Shown: piece by piece, positions 19,230-28,179 of the stretch | Numbering within the stretch: the first letter of the stretch is position 1 | How the letters are laid out: every line of letters starts with the position of its first letter | From: an uncultured Acidobacteriota bacterium | Lineage (GTDB): Bacteria > Acidobacteriota > Terriglobia > Acidiferrales > UBA7541 | Direction of reading: 5' to 3' | Length of the DNA: 64,000 nucleotides | NCBI GenBank assembly: GCA_963813045.1 | Contig: CAWEXR010000032.1 | Coordinates: 21,994 to 85,993 of the forward strand | Position numbers and translations under genes: made by a program | The notes under the pieces: model-generated | The model's input: only the letters and a program-made list of their open reading frames with translations | The model's database searches: none | What the model was told of the DNA's origin: nothing

Positions 19230-20477
19230 TCATGCCTTGACGAGGCCGAGGAATTGGCGGGGGTCGGCCGCGAAGCCAGGAAAGACCGCCTTGAGATCGT
19301 TGTCGCCGAGATGTTTTGAGATGATTTCGCTCAGGACGCTGCGATAGTCGGTGGTAACGGCCAGGTCGCGGCCCTCGTAGAGCTGGCTGTCGTTCATCCC
19401 CGGCCACCGCGTGTAAACCTTCCCGCCCTTGATGTCGCCGCCCATCACGAACATGCAATTCGCGTGGCCGTGGTCCGTGCCGCGCGCGCCGTTTTCGTGG
19501 GCCGTGCGTCCGAATTCGGACATGCTGACGAAAACCACGTCGCCCATGCGGTCTCCCATATCCTGATGGAACGCCGCAATTCCCTGCCCGAGATCGCGCA
19601 GGAGATTTGAAAGCTGCCCCTGCACGCCGCCTTCGTTGACGTGGTGGTCCCAGCCGCCGCTGTCGAGAAACGCGACTTCAAGTCCTATGTCGGCTTTGAA
19701 AAGCTCCGCGATTTCCATGAGGCTCTTTCCAAAGCGGCTCGTCGGGTACTGCGCGTCGTTTTCGGGCTGGTAGGCGTCCGGATTGATTTTCTTGAGCTGG
19801 TCGATCGCTTCGAACGTCTCCTGGCCCACTCCGCGAAGCGCCTGATCGACCGTCTGCGCGTACATCGCTTCAAACCCGCCTTCCGTTGTTTGCGGCGGCC
19901 CGTACATCTTGAACTGCTTGAGGTCCGGAATGGCAACAGCGGGCGCACTGCCCTGGAGCGTACGCGGAAGATACGGGCCGAACGCGACGGCGCGGAACGG
20001 CGAGGCCTGATCTTCCGGCGCCGACTGTAGCGCCCGGTTGAGCCATCCGTCCTCGGTGGCCTTCACGCCGGGCGTGCCGGACTCCATGAAATCCTGCGCG
20101 TCGAAGTGCGACCGGCTGGGATCGGGTGACCCGACAGCTTGCACGATGGCGAGCTGTCCGTTCTGGAAGAGCGGCTGCAACGGCTGCAGGCTCGGATGCA
20201 GGCCGAAGAAGCCGTCCAGGTCAATCGCGGCATCGGCGCCGCCGCGGCGCGGCTCGGGTATCGCGATGCTCGGGCGCAAACGATAATAGTTCGGTTCGGC
20301 AAACGGCACGACGACGTTGAGGCCGTCCATCGCGCCGCGCTGAAACAGCACGACCATCTTTTTCTTGTTTGGCCCCGTCGTGGCGGCTACGGCGCGCTGC
20401 AAGAACGACGGCAGCGAAGCCATGCCGAGCATCGCGATGCCGCCATTCTTCAAGAAGTATCGCCGGGAGATTGTCAT
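19230..20477 (-). CDS. DUF1501 family protein (sulfatase-like fold), Tat-exported
   Basis: The 415-aa ORF has a textbook twin-arginine signal MTISRRYFLKNGG..AVAA. Conserved blocks are SHFDAQDFMESG and GWDHH..TDHGHAN. Confidence 0.85.
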   Translation of the reverse strand: MTISRRYFLKNGGIAMLGMASLPSFLQRAVAATTGPNKKKMVVLFQRGAMDGLNVVVPFAEPNYYRLRPSIAIPEPRRGGADAAIDLDGFFGLHPSLQPLQPLFQNGQLAIVQAVGSPDPSRSHFDAQDFMESGTPGVKATEDGWLNRALQSAPEDQASPFRAVAFGPYLPRTLQGSAPAVAIPDLKQFKMYGPPQTTEGGFEAMYAQTVDQALRGVGQETFEAIDQLKKINPDAYQPENDAQYPTSRFGKSLMEIAELFKADIGLEVAFLDSGGWDHHVNEGGVQGQLSNLLRDLGQGIAAFHQDMGDRMGDVVFVSMSEFGRTAHENGARGTDHGHANCMFVMGGDIKGGKVYTRWPGMNDSQLYEGRDLAVTTDYRSVLSEIISKHLGDNDLKAVFPGFAADPRQFLGLVKA

Positions 20478-20518
20478 CGTCTTCCTCCGTCGCGGGCCGT
20501 TCGCATACCGCCCCGCAA

Positions 20519-22438
20519 CTATCGCCTCTGGAACTCGGGCGTCCCGAGAACCAGACCCGATAACAGGCCTTCGTTCACCTGCTTGACCGGATCGTCGAGC
20601 TGCGCCTGCAAGATCTGCGGATCGCCCAGCCGGGCCTCGAGCGTCTGGCGCGTTTGCGTCTCTACCTGGCCGTCAAGGAAAAGATCGAGCGAGCGCGAGA
20701 GCGCCGTCGCCGGATCCTTCGAAGCATCGGCCCCGAACATGGTTTTCAGATCCACGTTGGCTCCCGGCATGCGATCGCTGGCAAACGCGAGTGCGAAGTT
20801 CAGCCGGTTCAGAAGCGCGCCTGTGTTGACCCACGTCTCACCCTTGTCGGAGTAGCCCGTGGGCGGCTGGCACAGGAACAGCGGCTCGCCCATTCGCCCG
20901 ATCCACCCGACGAGCGGCAGGGAAACGCTCACGTCGGCATCGAGCGCCCGCGCGGTGCTGGCAACGAGCTCAAACGGCGTCTTCACCTTCGCGCGGTACG
21001 CCGTCTTCGACCAGAACTCCGGCGAATAGATCATCGTCTTGAGCACGCTGCTTATGTCGCCGCCGGTCGCTTCGTAACTTTTCACCATGCGGTCGACCAG
21101 CGTCACGGGCGGATTATCGGAAACGAAATGCCGGGCAAGCTGGGTCGAGATAAACTTCGCAGTGCGCGGGTCGTTTGCCAGCATCTTCAGCGCTTCTTCG
21201 CCGTCTTTTTCCCCGCCATAATCGAACGTGCGACCCATCACGACCTTCTTCCCCTCCGCGTGAAGTCGAGGTCTGAAGAGGTACTCCGGATCGCGCCGGG
21301 GCTCGCGGACCGTCCAGCCGGTCAGACACCTGGCCATCTCGATCACGTCCTGCTGCGTATAGCCGGCATCCACGCCGACGGTGTGCAGCTCCATGACTTC
21401 GCGGCCGTAGTTCTCATTGAGCCCGCGGTCCTGCTGCTGCGGACGTGCTGCGCCCGGCGCGCCCGGAAAACCGTCCCCTGGACGAGGGAACGTCCCGAAC
21501 GGCGGCTCAGAGCCTCCGCCGAAGATGCCCTGATAGCGCGACCGGCGCGCAGCCATCTCCTCTTGAAGCTGTTTGAACGCCACCGGGTCGACGCTCAGCC
21601 AGTTGTCCAGATAGAAAAGCATCGCGGGACTCTTGGCCGTCGCGATCAGCAGGTCCTGAAACTTGCCCATGGTGTGCGGGCGAATCGTGTCGCGGACATA
21701 CGCGGTCAGCATCCATCGGTCGGCGCCCTTGCCGGCGAAGACGTTGAAATGGTTGAACCAGAAATCCTCCATCACGGCTTCGATCTGGCGGTCGCTGTAA
21801 ACGGCTCTATCGAGCTTTGCCATGGAAAGCTCGGCGATGATGCGGTTCGGACCCTGAATCTTGGCGAGAAGCTGCTGCGCCTTGTCGGCGTTGTCGTCTC
21901 CGGTCGCCATTGTTTGCGCCATCGCGTCGCGGCGCTTCTCCTGCAGCTCCTGCTTGTACTGCTCCTTGGTTTCGCCTTCCTGTTTCGCGGCTTGTGCCGG
22001 TGGCGGAAATTCCTCAAGCAGGTTGTGCGACGACATCGTCAGCGTGGGGTATTTCTCGAGACGCGTATCCAGCGCGGAATCGTCGATCGACTCGGGACGA
22101 AGCTGTTGATCGATCCACTTTTCGAGGCCCATCTGGCGAATGCGTTCCACATCGCCCGGCCGCGGGCCGTAGCCAAGGCGGTTGAGAGCGTGGAGGATGG
22201 CCTCGTCCTCGGTCAACTCGGTGATCGGAAGCTTGCCTTTGAACTTCTTGTCGAGCTTCGGCATTGCCGAATCGCCGGATGAGGTTTTGTCGCGCTTGTC
22301 GGCATTCGCGCTCGGCGCCGCGATCGCGAATAGCGCCGCCAACATTAGGCCAAGGGCGGCGGCCAAGAACGCGGTTCCCGCCGCATCCAGACGACCCGCA
22401 GTTGTTCCGATTCTGTTTTTCATGGGCTTCCAGTTCAT
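20519..22438 (-). CDS. DUF1800 family protein, secreted
   Basis: The start is at MNWKPMKNR.. (residue 89 of ORF 20519..22702), followed by a signal peptide (FLAAALGLMLAALFAIAAPSANA). Blocks LNRLGYGPRPGD and FWFNHFNVF are typical of DUF1800. It is always paired with DUF1501 in my experience. Confidence 0.8.
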   Translation of the reverse strand: MNWKPMKNRIGTTAGRLDAAGTAFLAAALGLMLAALFAIAAPSANADKRDKTSSGDSAMPKLDKKFKGKLPITELTEDEAILHALNRLGYGPRPGDVERIRQMGLEKWIDQQLRPESIDDSALDTRLEKYPTLTMSSHNLLEEFPPPAQAAKQEGETKEQYKQELQEKRRDAMAQTMATGDDNADKAQQLLAKIQGPNRIIAELSMAKLDRAVYSDRQIEAVMEDFWFNHFNVFAGKGADRWMLTAYVRDTIRPHTMGKFQDLLIATAKSPAMLFYLDNWLSVDPVAFKQLQEEMAARRSRYQGIFGGGSEPPFGTFPRPGDGFPGAPGAARPQQQDRGLNENYGREVMELHTVGVDAGYTQQDVIEMARCLTGWTVREPRRDPEYLFRPRLHAEGKKVVMGRTFDYGGEKDGEEALKMLANDPRTAKFISTQLARHFVSDNPPVTLVDRMVKSYEATGGDISSVLKTMIYSPEFWSKTAYRAKVKTPFELVASTARALDADVSVSLPLVGWIGRMGEPLFLCQPPTGYSDKGETWVNTGALLNRLNFALAFASDRMPGANVDLKTMFGADASKDPATALSRSLDLFLDGQVETQTRQTLEARLGDPQILQAQLDDPVKQVNEGLLSGLVLGTPEFQRR

Positions 22439-22493
22439 TCTAACCCTCCGGCCCGGCAAAAGTTGCGGTGCGGACCGAGTGGTCAATGCCTGG

Positions 22494-22727
22494 TTATTCG
22501 TGGCGAGCTGCGCGAAACCCGTCGAGCGTCCAGAAATCCTGTGCCTCGTCGTGACGGAGGACGTAATAATTGCCATCATCGGCGCGGACTCGGAAATAGC
22601 TCGCTTCGGGGGAATACCAGCGTCCATCGAGTTCGTGAACCTCAAACTGCCGCCCACGAATGACAAACCGGAGAGGTCGTTCGTCCGCACGGTACCCCGC
22701 ATAGCATTCGATGCGCATCTCGCTCAT
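22494..22727 (-). CDS. small hypothetical protein (77 aa, beta-rich)
   Basis: The sequence is MSEMRIECYAGYRADERPLRFVIRGRQFEVHELDGRWYSPEASYFRVRADDGNYYVLRHDEAQDFWTLDGF. Its composition is balanced and unlike GC shadow ORFs. A GGAGG lies 4 nt upstream of the ATG. It sits 55 nt upstream of the DUF1800 gene. Confidence 0.55.
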   Translation of the reverse strand: MSEMRIECYAGYRADERPLRFVIRGRQFEVHELDGRWYSPEASYFRVRADDGNYYVLRHDEAQDFWTLDGFRAARHE

Positions 22728-22832
22728 CGCGCCTCCGCGGGGCGGAAGGGGGTCCGCCGCAGGGGAACATTTACCGCCGCGAACAGTCTACCAGCTTTGA
22801 TAGGGAGCGCAATTCGGCGCGAAAGCGTCGAA

Positions 22833-23696
22833 CTATTGAATCGTCAGCGCGCTCGAACGGCCCGTGGCCCTCTGGCGCGCTTCTGCGGCAGCCTCTCGCG
22901 CTTCCGCATTGTACGCCGCGCCGAAGAGGACGATCATGGCCGTCAGAAACATCCAAAGCAGCAGGCCGATGGCCGCGGCCAAACCACGATACACGGCGTC
23001 GTAAGGCATCTTCCGAACGTACCATCCGAAGAAAATGTCCACTGCCCACCAGAGGATCGTCGAAACCAGCGCTCCCGGCAGCAACTCCAGGTATCCCGGG
23101 TGCCCGGGACGCCCGATCCGGTACAGCAGGACCAGGACACCCATCGCGAGCACGAAAACGATCGCTCCGTAAAATGTCAGCTCGATCTCGCGCGAGAGGT
23201 AGACCGAGCGCGTCTGAAGCAGCAACCAGGCGCGCGTCTGCTTGCCGAACACCGTGAGAATCACGACCGCCAGCATTGGTACAATCGTCAGGCACAACAG
23301 CCCGAGAGCCCGGAATTGCCGGCCCCAATAGCCCGGCCGCAGCAAGTCACCTTCGATCACACGAAATCCCTCGATATAACCCACCATCACCTGCGTACCG
23401 GCTATCAGCGTCCCGCCAAGACCCAAAAGGATCCATTTCCATGGGTCAGCCACCTTACGGATGAAATAGGCGGCGACGACCTCGGTGCTGCCGGGAGGAA
23501 GGATCAGATTCAAGCGGTCGGGAATCTCTCTCAGGGCATCGTGAAACAAACTGGTCTTGGCGAGAAGGCCAAGCGCCAGAAGCAGAAGCGGGAAAAACGC
23601 CAGGAACATGTTGAACGCGATGGCCTGACTGAGCGTCACGCAGTCCGGGAAGACCCGGCCCAGCGCCCGCACCAGATTTCTCGCAATAGCGTCCAT
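22833..23696 (-). CDS. YihY/BrkB-family membrane protein
   Basis: The 287-aa ORF has 6 TM helices. The N-terminal LSQAIAFNMFLAFFPLLL and the C-terminal YGxxxxxIxLLLWMFL pattern are typical of the family. Confidence 0.8.
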   Translation of the reverse strand: MDAIARNLVRALGRVFPDCVTLSQAIAFNMFLAFFPLLLLALGLLAKTSLFHDALREIPDRLNLILPPGSTEVVAAYFIRKVADPWKWILLGLGGTLIAGTQVMVGYIEGFRVIEGDLLRPGYWGRQFRALGLLCLTIVPMLAVVILTVFGKQTRAWLLLQTRSVYLSREIELTFYGAIVFVLAMGVLVLLYRIGRPGHPGYLELLPGALVSTILWWAVDIFFGWYVRKMPYDAVYRGLAAAIGLLLWMFLTAMIVLFGAAYNAEAREAAAEARQRATGRSSALTIQ

Positions 23697-23851
23697 TGGT
23701 CGGAATTATAAGGGAACCCTGAATAATCATCCCTATGGTTTCCATGGGAACTTGCCTGCCCGCCCACGGCCTGCGGGCAACCTTGCCCGAGGCAAGGGCA
23801 GGCTGTAAACTTCACACAGCACTCACAGCACTCATATCGGGGATTCTCGAC

Positions 23852-25168
23852 ATGGCGACGCCACCAAAGGCAGCAGCGAGCCGCAGTGAAGAGGTTGTGC
23901 GCAAGCACAGGGAATTCCTCTGGCCGGCGGTCACGAATTACTACCAGGAACCCCTCGTGGCGGATCATGCCTCGATGCAATACATCTGGGATGTCGAAGG
24001 GAACAAGTACCTCGACTTTTTCGGCGGCATCGTCACGATCGGCGTCGGGCACTGCAACCCGAAGGTGACCTCAAAGATCAAAGCGCAGGTCGACAGGCTG
24101 CAGCACACTTCGACGCTCTTCCCGAACGAAGCTATCGTCGCGCTTGCCGAAAAGCTCGCGCAGATCACTCCGGGCAAGCTGCAGAAGAGCTTCTTCACGA
24201 ATTCCGGGACCGAAGCGAACGAAGCCGCGATCCTCCTCGCGCGTATGGCCGGCCCGAGCTACGACATCGTCGCCCTGCGCCACGCCTATTCCGGCTCATC
24301 GGCGCTGGCCAAGGCTGTAACGGCGCAGGCGGCGTGGCGCAAGGCTGGCGTCATCAGCGTCGGCGTGGCTCACGCTGTCAGCCCCTATTGCTATCGCTGC
24401 CCGCTTCATTTGAAATACCCGGAGTGCGGCGTGGCCTGCGCGAACGATGTCGAAGATGTGATTCAAACTGCCACCAGCGGGTCGATCGCGGCCTTCATTG
24501 CCGAGCCCATCCAGGGCGTCGGAGGGTTCATCACCCCGCCGCCCGAATACTTCAAGATCGTCTACCGAATCGTGAAGAACTATGGCGGCCTTTTTATTTC
24601 CGATGAAGTCCAAACGGGCTTCGGGCGCACGGGCAGGAAATGGTTCGGCATCGAGCAGTGGGAGGTCGTTCCGGACATCATTACCTGCGCGAAGAGCATG
24701 GGGAATGGCGTGCCCGTTGGCGCGACGATCACCACATCCGAACTCGCGGATAAGTTCCAGGGCCTGACGATTTCGACATTCGGCGGCAACCCGGTTACAT
24801 CGGTGGCGGCGCGCGCCGTGATCGAAGTGATCGAAGAGGAACACCTTCTCGAAAATACGCACGTCGTCGGCGGCTACTTAAGAGCGAAACTCGAAGAACT
24901 GAAGGCCAAGTACCCGCTGATCGGCGACGTCCGCGGCATGGGGATGATGCAGGCGCTCGAACTCGTGCGCGACCGCGAAACAAAGGAGCCTGCTCCCGCG
25001 GAGACTGCGCGGCTTCTCGAACGCGCCCGCGCAAATGGCTTGCTCATTGGCAAGGGAGGGCTGCACGGCAACGTGATCCGCCTGGCTCCCCCGATGAATA
25101 TCTCGAAGGCCGATGTCGATGAGGGCATCCGGCTCCTCGATAAGTCGCTCTCCGAAGTCACGCCGTGA
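23852..25168 (+). CDS. class-III PLP-dependent aminotransferase (AGXT2 / beta-alanine-pyruvate-like)
   Basis: Motifs are FFTNSGTEANEAA, FISDEVQTGFGRTG and the PLP-lysine region DIITCAKSMGNG. I placed the start at the ATG at 23852 (MATPPKAAA). Confidence 0.85.
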   Translation: MATPPKAAASRSEEVVRKHREFLWPAVTNYYQEPLVADHASMQYIWDVEGNKYLDFFGGIVTIGVGHCNPKVTSKIKAQVDRLQHTSTLFPNEAIVALAEKLAQITPGKLQKSFFTNSGTEANEAAILLARMAGPSYDIVALRHAYSGSSALAKAVTAQAAWRKAGVISVGVAHAVSPYCYRCPLHLKYPECGVACANDVEDVIQTATSGSIAAFIAEPIQGVGGFITPPPEYFKIVYRIVKNYGGLFISDEVQTGFGRTGRKWFGIEQWEVVPDIITCAKSMGNGVPVGATITTSELADKFQGLTISTFGGNPVTSVAARAVIEVIEEEHLLENTHVVGGYLRAKLEELKAKYPLIGDVRGMGMMQALELVRDRETKEPAPAETARLLERARANGLLIGKGGLHGNVIRLAPPMNISKADVDEGIRLLDKSLSEVTP

Positions 25169-25209
25169 CCGTTCAATTGGGCGGGGGCTGCTTCCGAATT
25201 GGTCGATTC

Positions 25210-25731
25210 ATGACTTCCCGATCCCACAACATTCGCGGTGCAAAAGCGGGCAGACGAGCGGCGGAACTGCTCCTCTTGATGCTCGTCTTTGCTGGAGCAG
25301 CCGCTGTTTCGGGACAGGTGGCGAGCGCAGACGACGAAGCGGGGCGCGTCCACTGGGTGCAGGTCGATGAAGGGCAACTGAAACTCGACGGTAAGCCCCC
25401 GATCGGCTCGGGAATTTATCTGCCGGACAAGAAAACCAAGAAGAAAGGCTCGGAGATAGTCCTCGTTCTGCTCGGGCGGCGGTATCTGATGATCGATATG
25501 AAGTCCAGACTTGTTTACGCCGTGCCGCTTTCGGATCTGCATCAACAAGGAAGCGATTTCGAAAGCGGCGACCTCTCCCAGGAATCCAACCTGATTCCCA
25601 CCAACGACTGGACCATCCGGGATATCGGCCCGGCCGAACTTGTTCAGTTGACCCTCGGCGATTACGGTCGCGTGCTCGAAATACAGTTGCCGCATCCCCG
25701 CGATTTGCGCGGACTCTACGTCATCCATTGA
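25210..25731 (+). CDS. secreted hypothetical protein
   Basis: The N-terminus MTSRSHNIRGAKAGRRAAELLLLMLVFAGAAAVSGQVASA looks like a signal peptide. I do not recognise a family. Confidence 0.5.
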   Translation: MTSRSHNIRGAKAGRRAAELLLLMLVFAGAAAVSGQVASADDEAGRVHWVQVDEGQLKLDGKPPIGSGIYLPDKKTKKKGSEIVLVLLGRRYLMIDMKSRLVYAVPLSDLHQQGSDFESGDLSQESNLIPTNDWTIRDIGPAELVQLTLGDYGRVLEIQLPHPRDLRGLYVIH

Positions 25732-26357
25732 TCCCGATTGGCCGATTCTTGCGCTTCGCGCGGTCCCTCAACCCTTACGCCCAGCGGCTCGTTCGCAGGC
25801 CGTAGACTCCGGTAGACCATCCAGCCCGTTGTTGCCAGCATTCCGGCCCAGCCCACCATTCGCATCGCCCAGGCTATCTGGGTGTCGTGTTCAAGCACGC
25901 CGAGTTTGCCGAAGAGATAGTTCCAGTCGTGGATCACGTAGTCCGCATCGCCAACGGTTAGCAGCGGCAACTCCTGCGCCCGCGCGTCCGCCATGTAGGT
26001 GGCAATCGGGAGAAACTGTTCAAAGAAGAAAAATGCACAGAATGTGGTTCCCTGCACGTGCCGCTGAAAGGCAAAGTAAGTGGCCAGCATGAACGGGACG
26101 CCCAGTTGCAGCAGCGTCCCGCCCGCGACCGCCAGAAATTCGCCACAAAAGCGAAACAACAAGTGCCCGCCTTCGTGGATCGGCACGAAAACCAGATCGA
26201 TCATCAGGAATGGCCCCGTGCCGCGGCCGGCCTGAAACAGGAACAGCGCGTAGAAAACGCAGGCAACCACGAGGGCGGCGCGCGGCGTGGGTCTCCAATC
26301 GTCCTCGAGGCACTCGAGAACCGGCAGCTTTTCCGTCCATGATTCAGGCAGGCGCAT
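25716..26357 (-). CDS. polytopic membrane protein with an HExxH zincin motif (DUF3267-like putative metallopeptidase)
   Basis: VFVPIHEGGHLLF sits at the end of a TM helix, and there are 5-6 TM helices. I placed the start at MRLPESW (residue 40 of ORF 25716..26474). The 3' end overlaps the convergent gene by 16 nt. Confidence 0.55.
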   Translation of the reverse strand: MRLPESWTEKLPVLECLEDDWRPTPRAALVVACVFYALFLFQAGRGTGPFLMIDLVFVPIHEGGHLLFRFCGEFLAVAGGTLLQLGVPFMLATYFAFQRHVQGTTFCAFFFFEQFLPIATYMADARAQELPLLTVGDADYVIHDWNYLFGKLGVLEHDTQIAWAMRMVGWAGMLATTGWMVYRSLRPANEPLGVRVEGPREAQESANRDQWMT

Positions 26358-26498
26358 AAAGGCCTTCGCGTTTCGGTATCCAGTTGGAATTCCAGAGTCT
26401 GTGGACAAAACCAGTCTAGCATTAGTGGATTCGCACGTTGTGGCGCGCTTCAGTGGCTGCGCCCTGGAATACACCTGCTCTGTCTGTCGGAACCTATA

Positions 26499-27086
26499 TC
26501 AGCGGTGAGAAACGCCTGCGACCCACGGAATGCCCACGAGACCATCCTCCACCTGCACCTCGACGAAATCACCGCGGGTGAACAGGTCGAAGTCGGAGCG
26601 GCTGACGGCGATCCGCTCGATCCGGTGCCCCTCTCGCCAGGAGGTTACAAAGAGCCGGCAGTTGGGAACAGGTCCCCGCATCGAGAACTTCCCGACCACG
26701 CGCGCTTGTTCGATTTCTGGAGGCCTGTGGTCGAGCGCTCCGTTCGCTAGCAGGAGCGCCGAAAGAAGCCAGGGGACCGGTATCAAGCCGTAGTACACGC
26801 GCTTCAGGGCTTCGACCTCCGCATGGTGCAGCGCTCGCCGCTCCACCCAGATGGCCAGCGCCAGGGTCAAAAAGAACAGTACGCCGATGAAGATCAGTAT
26901 TGGGTCGAGATCCAGCGCCGGGTAACGGCCGCTGGCGACGACGAACGCAAGCGAGCCCAGCACGAACACGGCCGTGCGGTCCAGCAATCTCTTCCGAAGG
27001 GAGAATTCAGCGGCGGATGAACCCAGGCCGCAGGCATCGCAGACGTCGGCGGACCGCTCGGCTCCGCAATTCATGCATCGCGTCAT
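26499..27086 (-). CDS. zinc-ribbon membrane protein, hypothetical
   Basis: The N-terminus MTRCMNCGAERSADVCDACG is followed by 3 TM helices and a soluble C-terminal domain. It has a 4-nt overlap with the upstream gene. Confidence 0.55.
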   Translation of the reverse strand: MTRCMNCGAERSADVCDACGLGSSAAEFSLRKRLLDRTAVFVLGSLAFVVASGRYPALDLDPILIFIGVLFFLTLALAIWVERRALHHAEVEALKRVYYGLIPVPWLLSALLLANGALDHRPPEIEQARVVGKFSMRGPVPNCRLFVTSWREGHRIERIAVSRSDFDLFTRGDFVEVQVEDGLVGIPWVAGVSHR

Positions 27087-27361
27087 CGGATCGGGCGCAC
27101 GCTCGAAGGCGCCTGAGCGAGGCAAGCGATGTTCTCGTCGCGGCCATTCGCGAGAAGTTCGCAGTCGATTTCCTGAGCGCTGCGGACGGCCTGATCGTAA
27201 TTCGAACCCGCGGCGGTCGCGCAATGCGCGGCGCCCTTAAACGTCATGCAGACTTCGTACCGCTCGCGCGTCTGTTGAAACGAGGAGTAGACGAGCACGC
27301 CGACAAAAACAACCGCTCCGAGCGCGATGATCCATCGTATGTGATTGGGCTTTTTCGCCAT
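27083..27361 (-). CDS. small membrane-anchored Cys-containing protein (92 aa)
   Basis: MAKKPNHIRWIIALGAVVFVGVLVYSSF is followed by a 4-Cys ectodomain. It is the only sensible part of the Arg/Gly-rich 358-aa ORF 27083..28159. Confidence 0.5.
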   Translation of the reverse strand: MAKKPNHIRWIIALGAVVFVGVLVYSSFQQTRERYEVCMTFKGAAHCATAAGSNYDQAVRSAQEIDCELLANGRDENIACLAQAPSSVRPIR

Positions 27362-27390
27362 GAGTGCCCCTGACACGAATTTTGACTCCG

Positions 27391-28179
27391 CTAGCGCTCC
27401 GAAAGTTCCCCGTCCTCGGCCCGGCGCGCCACTTCCCCGGCAATACGCTTCTTTAGATGGTGCGACAGGCCTTCGAGTGCCGCAATATCCTTCAGGTCGC
27501 GCAGCGTGAGGTCGGGGAGGAATTCCAATACGACCGGTATCGGCGTGTGAGGATTGCGAACCAGTGCCGCCCGGACGTTGTACTGCCGGGACCACTTGGG
27601 GTGCCGGGCAATGGCCGCGACCACGCGCTCCGGGACGGCAGCCTTCGCCAGCACTTTCAACACCTGACTCTCCGTGAGGAACGCGTTTGCCAGCGCCAGC
27701 TTCACGGCCTGCGGATGCCCCTCGGCGAGGAGCGCCCCAACCACGCGCGGCGGGCCGCGGCGCGCGAGGGTCAGTTTTTCGCCAACCGGGAGATGCGGCA
27801 CGCGCGAGACGATGATCTCTTCCGCGACGCGCCGGATGTCGGCGGGCGCCGACGGCAGCAGGCTCAGTCTTACGAGGTCGAAAAGATATAGCTGCCGCGT
27901 CACCGCCAGCGCGATGCGCTTGGGCGTTCGCGGATGCCGCGCCAGTCGCAGTCGCACGCCCTCCGACGCCGTCCATTTCCCCTCCCCGCCCACAGCGGCG
28001 AGGACGTTTGCCGGCAAATCGAGCCGCTCGAGAAGCAGCGTTACGTGCGTTTCCCCGAGGTTCGGATTTTCCAGCAGCGCGAGGAGCGTCTCCTCGCCGG
28101 CTTCGTGCACGAGAGCCTTCAGGTCCTCGCTTGAAGCCGTGCGCGCGCGCTCGGGCCACGTTTCGGATTCAGGCGGCAT
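27391..28179 (-). CDS. helical-repeat protein with NPxTP-type (leucine-rich-repeat-variant/HEAT-like) repeats
   Basis: The 262-aa ORF has recurring LLENPNLGE, LARHPRTPKRIAL, IARHPKWS and LVRNPHTPIPVVLEF units. Its start overlaps the upstream kinase gene by 11 nt. Confidence 0.6.
   Translation of the reverse strand: MPPESETWPERARTASSEDLKALVHEAGEETLLALLENPNLGETHVTLLLERLDLPANVLAAVGGEGKWTASEGVRLRLARHPRTPKRIALAVTRQLYLFDLVRLSLLPSAPADIRRVAEEIIVSRVPHLPVGEKLTLARRGPPRVVGALLAEGHPQAVKLALANAFLTESQVLKVLAKAAVPERVVAAIARHPKWSRQYNVRAALVRNPHTPIPVVLEFLPDLTLRDLKDIAALEGLSHHLKKRIAGEVARRAEDGELSER

Noticed and set aside
27083-28159. A 358-aa minus-strand ORF.
   Set aside because: Only its last 92 codons (27083..27361) are protein-like. 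The rest is Arg/Gly/Ala-rich and overlaps the well-composed 262-aa repeat protein in another frame.
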